A DNA stretch of 64,000 nt from an uncultured Gemmatimonadales bacterium (GTDB taxonomy: Bacteria > Gemmatimonadota > Gemmatimonadetes > Gemmatimonadales > GWC2-71-9): contig CAWHFW010000005.1 of assembly GCA_963828735.1 (NCBI GenBank), forward strand, positions 512,001-576,000, written 5' to 3'. A program made the position numbers and the translations under genes. Below are positions 8,562-18,601 of the stretch, piece after piece. Numbering within the stretch: the stretch's first letter is position 1; the number at the start of each line of letters is the position of its first letter. The notes beneath the pieces are model-generated. The model was not told the origin of the DNA. It ran no database searches and was given only the letters and a program-made list of their open reading frames with translations.

Positions 8562-9776
8562 TCAGTTCCCGAGCAGCTGGAGAGGGATGGCCACCAGCGC
8601 GACCACGCACGCCACCAGGCTCACGGCGAGCACCGCGGCGTTGCTGATCCAGCCGTTAGTATGATCGCCGAGGTACATCGAGTCGTTCATGAGCACCAGC
8701 AGCGGCACCACCGTCACCGGCAGTGACAGGGCAGTCAGAGCCATCGCGAACACCGTGAGCTTGAGGGGATCGATCCCCGTGAGGATGACCACCGCCGCCA
8801 GTGGCAGGGCCAGCGTGTATACCAGCGCGAACCGGGCCGCCTCACGCGGACGGAGGTTCTCGCCCCATCGCCACCCGAAGCCCTGGGCGGCAAGGTAGGC
8901 GAGCTGCAGCGCGATCTCGAGCGCGGCTCCGAAGCACGCCACCGCGAGAGACGCGATGAAGAGCACGAACCCCGCTTGGCCTAAGGGCGAGCTCAGAAGG
9001 AGCGGCAGCTGCTCGTAGCGGTCCACTTGAATGCCGAGAGGATGTAGCACCATCGCGGCACACACGAGCACCGCCACCGCCACCGCTCCCCCGAACGTCA
9101 TGCCGAGACCGGAGACGATTCGATTGATGACGAGGTAACCTTCGTCCCACTCGTCCTCGACGGCGCCCGCCGAATAGAAGTAGAACAGGTACGGGCTGAC
9201 CGAGGCGCCGACGATGCTCACGGCCATGAACCAGTAGCGGGCCGGATCGTGCGTCGGGAGCGAGGGCAGCAGATGCGCTGCCAGGTCGGACGGGCTGGGA
9301 TGCAGTCGCACCGCTCCCACCACGAAGGCAAGCGTCACGAGGCCGAGCATGGACGCTCCCTTCTCGATTATGCCAAACGTGCCTTTCCAGAGGAAGAGCC
9401 ACAGGAGCGCCGCCACGGGAAGCGCCCACCAGCGGAGCGACACTCCGCTGGCGAACTGCAGAGCGAGGCACACGCCGCCGATCTCCGAGGCGAGCACGAG
9501 AAAGGACACCAGCGCCACCGTGACGAGCGGCACGAGAAAGAAGCCGATGCCGAACCGCTCGCGCATGGCGTCAGGCAGCGTGTGACGGCTGACGGCCGCG
9601 AGGCGACCGCCCATTTCGACCAGGAACGCGATGCACACGGTCCCGAGCACGATCGCCCAGGCGAGCTGAAAGCCGAATGCGGATCCGGCTTGCGCAGCGG
9701 TGGCAAGCGATCCGGCTTCGAGAAAGCCGCCGATACCGGTCACGATGCCGAGGGCGATCTCGAGCAGCTTGCTCAC
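8562..9776 (-). CDS. Nramp-related divalent metal transporter
   Basis: About 11 TM helices, AQAGSAFGFQLAW, GASVSPY, LMND..YLG..TNG. Confidence 0.85.
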   Translation of the reverse strand: MSKLLEIALGIVTGIGGFLEAGSLATAAQAGSAFGFQLAWAIVLGTVCIAFLVEMGGRLAAVSRHTLPDAMRERFGIGFFLVPLVTVALVSFLVLASEIGGVCLALQFASGVSLRWWALPVAALLWLFLWKGTFGIIEKGASMLGLVTLAFVVGAVRLHPSPSDLAAHLLPSLPTHDPARYWFMAVSIVGASVSPYLFYFYSAGAVEDEWDEGYLVINRIVSGLGMTFGGAVAVAVLVCAAMVLHPLGIQVDRYEQLPLLLSSPLGQAGFVLFIASLAVACFGAALEIALQLAYLAAQGFGWRWGENLRPREAARFALVYTLALPLAAVVILTGIDPLKLTVFAMALTALSLPVTVVPLLVLMNDSMYLGDHTNGWISNAAVLAVSLVACVVALVAIPLQLLGN

Positions 9777-10063
9777 GGTGCCTGCGCCTCACGGAGTCGG
9801 GTCTCGGCTTGCTCACGTCCTTCCGCCGCGGCGCGGCGCACCTGTTCGGCGAAGAGCGCCGGCACGGCTTGGCGTGCCTGCTCGCGCCGTAGCAGCTCGA
9901 GAGTCGCGTCCCATGACCGGAGCTCGGCCTTGGCCTTGTCCGCCTCCTTCGCGGACGACCTGCCGCACGCGAGCTGGATGCCCGCAAGCGCGATGAGCCG
10001 GAGCCCTCGAGCTCTAGCTGCGGTCACGGCGTCGAGGCGGGGTGTTCCGGTGATGACGCACAT
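9773..10063 (-). CDS. Hypothetical small lipoprotein
   Basis: Possible lipobox QLAC; stop overlaps the Nramp start. Confidence 0.45.
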   Translation of the reverse strand: MCVITGTPRLDAVTAARARGLRLIALAGIQLACGRSSAKEADKAKAELRSWDATLELLRREQARQAVPALFAEQVRRAAAEGREQAETRLREAQAP

Positions 10064-10469
10064 GCGGACTTGATACCGGTCCGGTCACGGTACCGTGTCC
10101 CGTCTCGCCCGGGGAAGCGCCGGAGGCGGCTTGCGCCCGAGCTGCCCAGGTGAAGTGCGGTGTCGGAGCGCTGATCCTCCGACTATCACTCGGCAGGCGC
10201 GGGGGCTCGTGAGTCGACCGTCCAAGACTCTGCAGCAGGCCCGTGGGTCGGCGCCCCGTATCGAAGAAATGCGGTTTCGCGGCGCCCCCGTCGCTCACTC
10301 CCGAGGCCGAAGCGTCGGCGTCGGCGCCCATGCCCATGAGCTGGCCGCGGAGGCCGCGGCACGCGCCAGACAAGCACAACGTCGCCGTGGCGATCGTGCG
10401 AATGAACCGTCTGATTGACCGTGGAGTCGACGTGGTAGCCTCCAATCTCGGACACCCCGGCGGCTTCAT
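10014..10469 (-). CDS. Possible hypothetical lipoprotein
   Basis: ATGA overlap with the cytochrome c stop; LSGAC lipobox-like; remainder low complexity. Confidence 0.3.
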   Translation of the reverse strand: MKPPGCPRLEATTSTPRSIRRFIRTIATATLCLSGACRGLRGQLMGMGADADASASGVSDGGAAKPHFFDTGRRPTGLLQSLGRSTHEPPRLPSDSRRISAPTPHFTWAARAQAASGASPGETGHGTVTGPVSSPHVRHHRNTPPRRRDRS

Positions 10470-10993
10470 CCTCCCGCCCCGACCGCCGCCGGCAAGCTCA
10501 CCGTATCCGGCGAGACCGTGTGCGCTGGTGACGGAGGCTTCACGGGCTCGTTCCCCGTCCCGAGGCTCCGGATGAAAGCCACAATCCGCCAGATCTGATC
10601 GTCCTGCAGGCGTCCGCGCCAGGCGGGCATGCCATTGGGACGTCCTTCCGCGATGCTCGAGAACACCTGGGCGTCGTTGTGGCCATAAAGCCAGAGCGAG
10701 TCGCGCAGGCTCGGGCCCATCCCGCCGCCAGCATAGGCGGAGTGGCACCCGCCGCAGTTCATGCCGGTAAAGAGCTGCTGTCCGGCCACGATGGCCGCCT
10801 TGTCGCCGGTGTAGGGGTTGGTGACCGCTCCGAGGACGACCTGCGGCCGGATGCCGGGCTCGACCCCCCCGGTCGGCTGGTCGCCCGTCGAGCCCTGATC
10901 CGACACCCGGGTCTCGTCCTGTTGCAGGCCGGAACGGGTGCACGCAGCCGCTCCGAGAGCGGCGGCGAGCACCGTCAGCATCAGCCATCGCAT
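10466..10993 (-). CDS. xoxG: Cytochrome c (XoxG/MxaG-like), lipoprotein
   Basis: CGGCH heme motif, GPSLRD..WLYG, GMPAW; lipobox AAAC; GGAGGA RBS. Confidence 0.8.
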   Translation of the reverse strand: MRWLMLTVLAAALGAAACTRSGLQQDETRVSDQGSTGDQPTGGVEPGIRPQVVLGAVTNPYTGDKAAIVAGQQLFTGMNCGGCHSAYAGGGMGPSLRDSLWLYGHNDAQVFSSIAEGRPNGMPAWRGRLQDDQIWRIVAFIRSLGTGNEPVKPPSPAHTVSPDTVSLPAAVGAGG

Positions 10994-11910
10994 GGCTCCT
11001 CCTTCGAAGCGCTCGATCGGCACTTGCTCACTGGTACACGCAGGCTGACGCGAGGGTGCGCGTCCTCCTGCGGCGAGTCGCCGAGGAGTGGTACCCCGTA
11101 TTGGCGGAGCACCCGCTCGATGTCAGGCTGCCGGCGCGCCATCGCACCATCGAGTTGCGCGCGGAGGGCGGTATCTCCGGGCCGAACCCCCGCGGCGATT
11201 GCGAACGTGAAGCGCAGCCCCGGTGGGTCTTCCGCCGGCGTGACGCGCCGAAGGCGCATCGGCACCCCTTCGCGGGTGCCGAAGTAGCCGGCGAACGGTC
11301 CCCACACGATGGCGAGGTCAACCTCCCCGCGTGCGACCGCGCGGACCAGATCGGACGGCGGGTTGGGCTTCGCGTAATTGCCGTAGATGCTATATCCGAC
11401 CACGTTCTGCACGATATGCCGCCGGGCCAGCGCGTGGGCCGGCGGCGGGTTCATGTAGTCATCGCCTATGAAATGGATACCGATGCGCAGCGTCCGCAGC
11501 CGTGGATCGTCGAGCGACCGGACGTCCAGGTGACGGTCGCGCCGGGACAGAAAGACGTACGTCGAGGTGTAATAGGGGCGCGTAGGGAGCACGCGGTCGC
11601 TCCTTGCGGGGATGCCGAGCACGACGTCGCAGCGTCCGGCGCTCAGCGTCTTACGGATGAACCCGCGCCACTCCGGCGCCCAGGTGTAGACGACCGGGCG
11701 ATGCAGCTCGTCTCCAACGATCTCGGCGATCCGGTTTTCGAAGCCCTCCCGGCGCTCGTTCGAGAACGGCAGGTTGTTCGGATCGGCGCAGACGCGAAGC
11801 GGCGGCGGGGGCGCTGCGGCCATGAGGGCCGCGCCGAGTGCGGCCACGAACGTCGCGGACGACAGAGCGAGCCCAGCACTACGGCAGCGCGAAGACATAC
11901 ACCATTCCAC
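10981..11910 (-). CDS. xoxJ: MxaJ/XoxJ-like periplasmic substrate-binding protein
   Basis: LRVCADPNNLPFSN..EGFEN.IA, TRPYY.STYVF, AIVWGP.AGY; exact start uncertain. Confidence 0.85.
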   Translation of the reverse strand: MEWCMSSRCRSAGLALSSATFVAALGAALMAAAPPPPLRVCADPNNLPFSNERREGFENRIAEIVGDELHRPVVYTWAPEWRGFIRKTLSAGRCDVVLGIPARSDRVLPTRPYYTSTYVFLSRRDRHLDVRSLDDPRLRTLRIGIHFIGDDYMNPPPAHALARRHIVQNVVGYSIYGNYAKPNPPSDLVRAVARGEVDLAIVWGPFAGYFGTREGVPMRLRRVTPAEDPPGLRFTFAIAAGVRPGDTALRAQLDGAMARRQPDIERVLRQYGVPLLGDSPQEDAHPRVSLRVPVSKCRSSASKEEPCDG

Positions 11911-13792
11911 CAGGCGCCGTATAGTTCGGCAAGTCCTTCATGGCGTTGACGAAGCCGAGGGCGGCGGTCGGATCCGACGGCGACAAGCCGAGTGCCACGG
12001 CGCCGGCCCATCCGCCGACGCCGGCGTACACGGCGACGTACTGCTTGCCATCGGGGCCCAGGTACGACATGAAGTTGCCGATGAGACCCGAGCCGGTCTT
12101 GAACTTCCACAGCACCTCGCCGGTGCGCGCGTTCACCGCCTTCACCCATCCATCCATCGTGCCGTAGAAGGTCACGTCGCCACCGGTGACGAGCGCCCCC
12201 GTCCAAACGGGAAAGCGCTCTGGTATCCGCCATACCTTCTTGCCGGCGACCGGGTCCCACGCGAAGAACTCGCCGCGGTTGCCTCCCGGCCCGGGGTACA
12301 TCATCACTTCGGCTCCGACATACGGCGTGCCCGCGATGTATCCCGTCTCGGTGGCCTTGTAGTCCATGCACAGGTTTGTGCCCGGGCTGTAGAAGAGGTG
12401 GGTGCGGAATGAGAAGGCGGCAGGCTGCTGATCCTTGGCCCCGGTAGCAGCCGGACAGATGTTGGTGACGTTGACGTCCTGATGGGTCTTCTTGTTCGGC
12501 ACCTCGATGGGACGGCCGGTCTTCAAGTCGATCCCGGAGGCCCAGTTGACGTGCTCGAAGGTCGGCGCTGACAACAGCTCACCCGTAGCGCGGTCGAACG
12601 TGTACACGAAGCCGGTCCGCCCGAACTGCACCAGGACCTTCCGCGGCTTCCCGTCGATCGTCAGATCCACAGGGATGTGCTCATTGATGTCGTCGTAGTC
12701 CCACTCGTCGTGCGGCGTCGTCTGATACGCCCAGATGGCGTCACCGGTGCGCGGATCGCGCGCGAAGCTCGCGGTCGACCAGAGATTGTCGCCCGGCCGG
12801 AGATCCGGGTTCCACACGCCAGGATTGCCCGAGCCGTAGAACAGCAGGTCCAGCTCGGGGTCGTAGCTGATCCAGCCCCACACACTGCCGCCGCCCCGCT
12901 GCCACTGATCCGGCGGCCACGACTTCACGCCGAGGTCGGTCCCGCGCATCCACGAGTAGAACGGCTTGAACCTCGGCCCGATGAGCACATCCTTGTCGGG
13001 CCCGCTGTTGTAGGCCTGCCAAAGTACCTTGCCGGTGCCCAGATCGAGCGCGGTGATCCAGCCGCGGACGCCCATCTCGCCGCCGCTGTTGCCGACGAAG
13101 ACGCGGCCGTTCACTATCAGCGGCGCCATCGTCATCGTCGAGCCTTCGTTGATGTCGCCGAGCTTGGTCTGCCACACCACCTTACCTGTCTCGGCGTCGA
13201 GCGCCACCGTTACGTTGTCCAGCCGGTTGAACACCAGTTTGCCGTCGGCGTAGGCAGCGCCCCGGTTCACCACGTCGCAGCAGGCTTCCCCACGTGCGGC
13301 GGGATCGGTCGCCGGCTGATAGCTCCACTTGAGCGGGCCGGTGGGATTGGCGAGATCGATCGCGAAGACGTTGTTGGGATGCGGGGTCACGACGTACATC
13401 GTGTGATCCACGACTAGTGGCGTCCCTTCGTGCCCGCGATTGATGCCGGTTGAGAGGGTCCAGGCCACGCGTAGATTCTTCGCGTTTTGGGCGGTGATCT
13501 GGGCGAGGGGGCTGTAGCGCGTGTTGGCGTAGTCCCGCCCGGGCAGCGTCCACTCCCCCGGCTCCGGCGCGCCGGGCTGTGCAGCGGCGCTGCTCGAGCT
13601 CGCGGCGGAGTCGACCGTTGCGATCGTCGCATTCGCGGCCTGAGCGTCCGCCCGCGACGCGCCACCGCCACCGCAGCCTGCTACCGCGACGAGCCCTGCG
13701 GCGACGATCGCGGAGGCATAGCACCGGTATATGCCCCTCCGCTCGCCATGCGCACCCGGCCCTGTGCGATATCCTTCGATCGTGATATACAT
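11879..13792 (-). CDS. xoxF: PQQ-dependent methanol/ethanol dehydrogenase, lanthanide-type (XoxF-like)
   Basis: ACCDVVNRG, GNSGGEMGVRG, PGDNLWS, PHDEWDYDD, GKQYVAV; lipobox VAGC. Confidence 0.85.
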   Translation of the reverse strand: MYITIEGYRTGPGAHGERRGIYRCYASAIVAAGLVAVAGCGGGGASRADAQAANATIATVDSAASSSSAAAQPGAPEPGEWTLPGRDYANTRYSPLAQITAQNAKNLRVAWTLSTGINRGHEGTPLVVDHTMYVVTPHPNNVFAIDLANPTGPLKWSYQPATDPAARGEACCDVVNRGAAYADGKLVFNRLDNVTVALDAETGKVVWQTKLGDINEGSTMTMAPLIVNGRVFVGNSGGEMGVRGWITALDLGTGKVLWQAYNSGPDKDVLIGPRFKPFYSWMRGTDLGVKSWPPDQWQRGGGSVWGWISYDPELDLLFYGSGNPGVWNPDLRPGDNLWSTASFARDPRTGDAIWAYQTTPHDEWDYDDINEHIPVDLTIDGKPRKVLVQFGRTGFVYTFDRATGELLSAPTFEHVNWASGIDLKTGRPIEVPNKKTHQDVNVTNICPAATGAKDQQPAAFSFRTHLFYSPGTNLCMDYKATETGYIAGTPYVGAEVMMYPGPGGNRGEFFAWDPVAGKKVWRIPERFPVWTGALVTGGDVTFYGTMDGWVKAVNARTGEVLWKFKTGSGLIGNFMSYLGPDGKQYVAVYAGVGGWAGAVALGLSPSDPTAALGFVNAMKDLPNYTAPGGMVYVFALP

Positions 13793-13969
13793 GGTGGCAC
13801 CGCGTGCCAAGTTGTCCGCCCAGGGAGTCCCGGGGCGACGGCAATGCGCGTCGCCCATGGTTACCGTTCTGCCGCGTGGTTTTACTAGACGCTTTTGGTG
13901 GACCTGATGCCGTGATGCGGGTCACCCGCGTCCTTCAGCCCCCTTCTGACGCCTGTGAGCACGCTGGCA

Positions 13970-15343
13970 ATGCGCACCATCATCGAGCCATTCAAGATCA
14001 AGTCGGTCGAGCCCATTCGCATGACGTCGCCGGAGGAGCGCGACGCCAAGCTGCGCCACGCCGGCTACAACGTCTTCCTGCTGACGGCCGAGGACGTGCT
14101 CATCGACCTGCTCACGGACAGCGGTACCGCGGCGATGAGCGCCGAGCAGTGGGCGGCCGTCATGCGCGGCGACGAGGCCTACGCCGGCAGCCGATCCTGG
14201 TACCGCTTCGAGGCCAGTGTCCGCGACATCTTCGGCTTCCGGCACGTGCTGCCGACGCACCAGGGCCGGGCCGCCGAGCGCATCCTCTTCTCGCTGCTCT
14301 GCAAGCCGGGCGACGTGGTGCCGAACAACACGCACTTCGACACCACGCGCGCCAACGCGGAGGCGGCCGGCGCGGAGGCGCGCGACCTCGTCATTCCGGA
14401 AGGCCGCGTGCCGGCCGCCCGCCACCCGTTCAAGGGCAACATGGACGTGGCCGCGCTCCGCTCGCTCATCGCCCGGGTGGGCCGGGAGCGCATTCCGCTC
14501 TGCATGCTCACGGTGACCAACAATTCGGGTGGCGGCCAGCCGGTGTCGATGGCGAACGTCCGCGAGGTCTCGGCGCTGTGCCGCGAGCACGGGATCCCGC
14601 TCTACATCGACGCGTGCCGCTTCGCGGAGAACGCGTATTTCATCAAGCTGCGGGAGGATGGCTATCGGGACCGGTCGCCGATCGAGATCGCAAGGGAGCT
14701 GTTCTCGTACGCCGACGGCTGCACCATGTCGGCCAAGAAGGACGGCCTGGCGAACATCGGCGGGTTCCTGGCCACGAACGACGATCGCCTCGCGGTGGAG
14801 CAACGGAACCTGCTGATCCTGACGGAAGGGTTTCCGACGTACGGCGGCCTCGCCGGACGAGATCTCGATGCAATCGCCGTGGGACTGCACGAGGCGCTCG
14901 ACGAGGACTACCTGCTCTACCGCATCACGTCGACCACGTACCTGGGCGAGCACGTGAGCCGGGCCGGCGTGCCCATCGTTCAGCCCCCCGGCGGCCATGC
15001 CGTGTATCTCGATGCCTCGGCGTTCTTCCCCCACATCCGGGCGCTCGAGCTGCCGGGGCAGGCGCTCGTAGTCGAGTTGTATCGCGAGGCGGGAATCCGG
15101 GCGGTCGAGATAGGGACGGTCATGTTTGGCCGGCGCGATCCGGCGACCGGCACCGAGTCGGCCGCGCCGATGGAGCTCGTGCGCCTGGCGATCCCGCGGC
15201 GCGTCTATACCCAGAGCCACGTGGACTATGTGGTCGAGGCGATCCTCAACGTGTGGGAACGACGGCAGCACGTGCGTGGGTACCGCATGACCGAGCAATC
15301 GCCGGTGCTGCGCCATTTTACCGCCCGATTCGAGCCGCTTTAG
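13970..15343 (+). CDS. tnaA: Tryptophanase
   Basis: EPFKIKSVE, DLLTDSGT, HQGRAAE, MSAKKDG (PLP Lys), EGFPTYGGL and LRHFTA (TnaA-type rather than TPL-type). Confidence 0.9.
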   Translation: MRTIIEPFKIKSVEPIRMTSPEERDAKLRHAGYNVFLLTAEDVLIDLLTDSGTAAMSAEQWAAVMRGDEAYAGSRSWYRFEASVRDIFGFRHVLPTHQGRAAERILFSLLCKPGDVVPNNTHFDTTRANAEAAGAEARDLVIPEGRVPAARHPFKGNMDVAALRSLIARVGRERIPLCMLTVTNNSGGGQPVSMANVREVSALCREHGIPLYIDACRFAENAYFIKLREDGYRDRSPIEIARELFSYADGCTMSAKKDGLANIGGFLATNDDRLAVEQRNLLILTEGFPTYGGLAGRDLDAIAVGLHEALDEDYLLYRITSTTYLGEHVSRAGVPIVQPPGGHAVYLDASAFFPHIRALELPGQALVVELYREAGIRAVEIGTVMFGRRDPATGTESAAPMELVRLAIPRRVYTQSHVDYVVEAILNVWERRQHVRGYRMTEQSPVLRHFTARFEPL

Positions 15344-15346
15344 TCG

Positions 15347-15853
15347 TTAGACGTTGGCGGTGTACGTCTCTTCGCGCACGGCGGTGAAGCCGCGCTGAAG
15401 GTAGTTCGGAAGGGCCGCCGGATGATCCAGCGTACAGGTATGCAGCCATACGCGGGTCGGAGCGCCGCGCCATGCCTCGCGCGCCGCCTCCGTCAGCAGG
15501 TACTTACCCCACCCCCGTCCGAAATACTCCGGCAACAAGCCGAAATACGCGATCTCGGTCGAGCCGTCCGCGTGCGGCTTGAGCTCGAAATAGCCGGCCG
15601 GAGCCGCCTCCCAGGTGAGCAACCAGACCGACAGGCCCGGCGTAGCGAGGTGGGCTCGGATCACCTCGTCCGTCCACCGCAGGCGGTCGGTCCAGTGGAA
15701 GGCCCGCCCCACCTCCGCGTAGAGGTATCGGTAGAACGAGGCCGGGCACTCGCCCAGGCGCTCCACGCGCGGTGCCGGCACGGGTGTGGATGCTGGGCGC
15801 AGGTCGGCCGGCGAGCGAAGCTCGAGATAGGTGCGGGTGACCAGCGTGGACAT
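15347..15853 (-). CDS. GNAT family acetyltransferase
   Basis: EIAYFGL..GRGWGKYLL, VWLHTCTLDHPAALPNY..RGF. Confidence 0.9.
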   Translation of the reverse strand: MSTLVTRTYLELRSPADLRPASTPVPAPRVERLGECPASFYRYLYAEVGRAFHWTDRLRWTDEVIRAHLATPGLSVWLLTWEAAPAGYFELKPHADGSTEIAYFGLLPEYFGRGWGKYLLTEAAREAWRGAPTRVWLHTCTLDHPAALPNYLQRGFTAVREETYTANV

Positions 15854-15874
15854 GAGGCAAGAGTCTAACACGAA

Positions 15875-15900
15875 GCGGCCCCGGCGTCTGCCGGGGCCGC
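15875..15900 (-). terminator. Probable terminator hairpin
   Basis: gcggccccggc-gtct-gccggggccgc after the lipoprotein stop; weak T tail. Confidence 0.55.
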
Positions 15901-15925
15901 TCGGAAACAAAGCTGAACTGCGAGG

Positions 15926-16285
15926 TTACTTCTGCGACGAGCTGTCCGCCGAAGGCGGCATCATCGTGCTGTCCGTGGTCGCGCCGGTTGACGGAGCGGT
16001 TGGGGCCGGAGCAGTCGGATTGGAGGTGCTGGTGCTGTCATAGCCGCTACTCGGCGGAACCGCGGTGCTGTCGGAGGTCGGGGCCGGCGCGGCTGCGCTG
16101 GTATCGGCCTTCGGCATCGACGTGGTGTCCGTCGTCGGCGCCGGAGCCGGCGTCGCCTGCGTGGTGTCGTACCCGCTCGTCACAGCAGTGGTGTCAGCCT
16201 TTTCAGGGGCGGCGCCGGTCTCATCCGATCGGTTGTGGCAGGCGGCGAAGGTGGCAGCCGCCGCCAGGATCCAAAGAGTTTTCAT
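15926..16285 (-). CDS. Hypothetical Thr/Pro/Asp-rich lipoprotein
   Basis: AGGAG RBS; MKTLWILAAAATFAAC lipobox. Confidence 0.8.
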   Translation of the reverse strand: MKTLWILAAAATFAACHNRSDETGAAPEKADTTAVTSGYDTTQATPAPAPTTDTTSMPKADTSAAAPAPTSDSTAVPPSSGYDSTSTSNPTAPAPTAPSTGATTDSTMMPPSADSSSQK

Positions 16286-16447
16286 GATTTTCTCCTAGTG
16301 GCGACCGATGCCCTGCCCGCTCGGGGCGTCGTCGCCGATATCTCGTCAGCTGCGGGCCTGCATTCCAAGCTTAAAGCCGAAGGGGCAAGATATCCCTCAT
16401 TCCCAGCCGCGACTAGGTCATAGATCACATAATTCGGGGGTTGCAGG

Positions 16448-18460
16448 TCAGGACGTCTGAAGGGCCTCGAGGTGGCGGAAGAGGTCCAGGGCGGCTGGGT
16501 TCGCCAGCGCATCCATGTTCTTGACCTCACGGCCGTGCACCACGTCCCGAACGGCCAGTTCGGTGATCTTGCCGCTGATGGTTCGTGGAATATCCGCGAC
16601 CTGCAAAATCTTGCGCGGCACATGGTGGGGGCTGGCGTGCTCGCGGATCCGGCGGCGGATGCGGTCGCACAGGGTCTCGTCCAGGGTGGTTCCCTCGCGC
16701 AACCGCAGGAACAGGACGATCCGGACGTCGCCCTCCCAGTCCTGACCGATCACCAGGCTTTCCACCACCTCGGGCAGCTGCTCCACCTGGCGATAGATCT
16801 CCGCCGTGCCGATGCGAACCCCGCCCGGGTTGAGGGTCGCGTCGCTTCTGCCGAGGATCACGAGCCCGTCGTGCCCGGTCAGCCGGGCCCAGTCGCCGTG
16901 CCGCCAGACACCCGGGTAGACGTCGAAATAGGCCGCACGGTAGCGCGAGCCGTCCGGGTCGTCCCAAAACGCGACGGGCATGCTGGGGAACGGGCGGGTG
17001 CACACGAGCTCGCCTTCCTGCTCGCGGGAGGGGCGGCCTCGACTGTCGAACACCTCGACCGCCATGCCGAGCCCCCGCATCTGGAGCTCCCCGCGCCAGA
17101 CGGGACCCGCGGGGTTGCCCAGTGCGAAGCACGAGATGATGTCGGTCCCTCCGCTGATGCTCGCGAGGTGGAGGTCCGCCTTGATGTCCCTGTATGCGTA
17201 TTCGAAGCTGTGGCCGGCGAGTGGGCTCCCGGTGGACAGGACGGATCGGAGCGCGCTCAGGTCATGGGTGCGGGCCGGCTCGAGTCCTTCCTTCTCGGCC
17301 AGCGCGAGGTATTTCGCGCTGGTGCCGAACACCGTCACTCGTTCGGACGACGCCATGTCCCACAGGATGTCGGGCGGCGAGAGCGGGGCGCCGTCGAAGA
17401 GGACCACGGTGGCGCCGGTCGCCAGGCCACTCACCAGCCAGTTCCACATCATCCACCCGCAGGTGGTGAAGTAGAAGACTCGGTCGTCGGATCCCACGTC
17501 GGTGTGCAGCACCAGCTCCTTCAGGTGCTGGAGCAGCGTCCCGCCCGCCCCGTGGACCATGCACTTCGGAAGTCCAGTCGTGCCCGATGAGTACATGATG
17601 TAGAGCGGGTGGTCGAACGGGAGCCGCGTGAATACCGGCGTGGCGGGGCCACGATGCTGGTCGAGGAGCCGATCCCACGCGTGGGCGCCGGCGAGTGGCG
17701 TCAAATCCGGGTGCTCGGCGAGGTACGGCACCACGAGGACGTGCTCGATGTCTGGCAGCCGTTGCCGGACCTCGGCCACGCGCGGCCGAAGGTCGATCGC
17801 CTTTCCCGCGTAGCGATAGCCATCCGCACACACCAGCAGCTTGGGACGAATCTGGCCGAATCGATCGACCACGCCGTTTGCGCCGAAGTCCGGCGAGCAC
17901 GACGACCAGATCGCGCCGAGACTCGCGGCGGCGAGCATGGCGATCACCGTCTCGGGAAGGTTGGGCAGGAAACCCGCCACGCGGTCGCCAGTGCCGAGGC
18001 CGAGCGCCGCGAACGCGCTCGCGGCCGCGGCGACCTCGCGGCGAAGCTCGCGGTGGCTCAGCCGCCGCTGCGGCCCGCGCTCGTTCCAGAACACGAGCGC
18101 GTCGGCGTCCCCATCATGACGAAGGAGGTTTTCGGCGAAGTTGAGGCGCGCACCGAGAAACCAGCGCGGACCGTGCACCGGGTCGGGAGGCGCCATGCGG
18201 TCGAGCCCGCGGACCACCTCGTCCCACGCGCCACCCGCGGGCCGCTCTTCGGCAACGACCCCGCAGAATCGCCACACCTCCGGCCAGAACGCGTCCGGCC
18301 GCCTCACGGACCATTCGTAGAGCGTCGGAACGTCCCAGACGCCGTCGGCACCACTGGGTGCGTGCGCCCGCACATGGGCCAGGAATTGAGTCATCTCCGC
18401 CCGAGCCACGCGGGTGGGCCCGGGCGTCCAGATCGGCGTAAGGGGCGCCCGGTCAGCCAT
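16448..18460 (-). CDS. Acetoacetate--CoA ligase
   Basis: [46 protein letters not shown]. Confidence 0.92.
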   Translation of the reverse strand: MADRAPLTPIWTPGPTRVARAEMTQFLAHVRAHAPSGADGVWDVPTLYEWSVRRPDAFWPEVWRFCGVVAEERPAGGAWDEVVRGLDRMAPPDPVHGPRWFLGARLNFAENLLRHDGDADALVFWNERGPQRRLSHRELRREVAAAASAFAALGLGTGDRVAGFLPNLPETVIAMLAAASLGAIWSSCSPDFGANGVVDRFGQIRPKLLVCADGYRYAGKAIDLRPRVAEVRQRLPDIEHVLVVPYLAEHPDLTPLAGAHAWDRLLDQHRGPATPVFTRLPFDHPLYIMYSSGTTGLPKCMVHGAGGTLLQHLKELVLHTDVGSDDRVFYFTTCGWMMWNWLVSGLATGATVVLFDGAPLSPPDILWDMASSERVTVFGTSAKYLALAEKEGLEPARTHDLSALRSVLSTGSPLAGHSFEYAYRDIKADLHLASISGGTDIISCFALGNPAGPVWRGELQMRGLGMAVEVFDSRGRPSREQEGELVCTRPFPSMPVAFWDDPDGSRYRAAYFDVYPGVWRHGDWARLTGHDGLVILGRSDATLNPGGVRIGTAEIYRQVEQLPEVVESLVIGQDWEGDVRIVLFLRLREGTTLDETLCDRIRRRIREHASPHHVPRKILQVADIPRTISGKITELAVRDVVHGREVKNMDALANPAALDLFRHLEALQTS

Positions 18461-18507
18461 CCGCCGGACCGCGCGACAAACCTCCCGGCGCCCGCACCGC
18501 AAAGCCT

Positions 18508-18546
18508 CGAGGGATACGGAGGCGAGGCACGGCTCCGTATCCCTCG
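18508..18546. other. 14-bp-stem intergenic hairpin
   Basis: cgagggatacggag...ctccgtatccctcg between hmgA and the ligase gene. Confidence 0.6.
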
Positions 18547-18601
18547 GTGGCTATCGAATCTTCGTGGCGAGTCAGCGAGTCCGCCACGGGTCGATCCACG
18601 C

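Noticed and set aside
13970..15343. Tyrosine phenol-lyase (suggested by nearby hppD/hmgA)
   Set aside because: GFPTYGG and LRHFTA match tryptophanase rather than TPL (GMPSYGG, LRFFTA)
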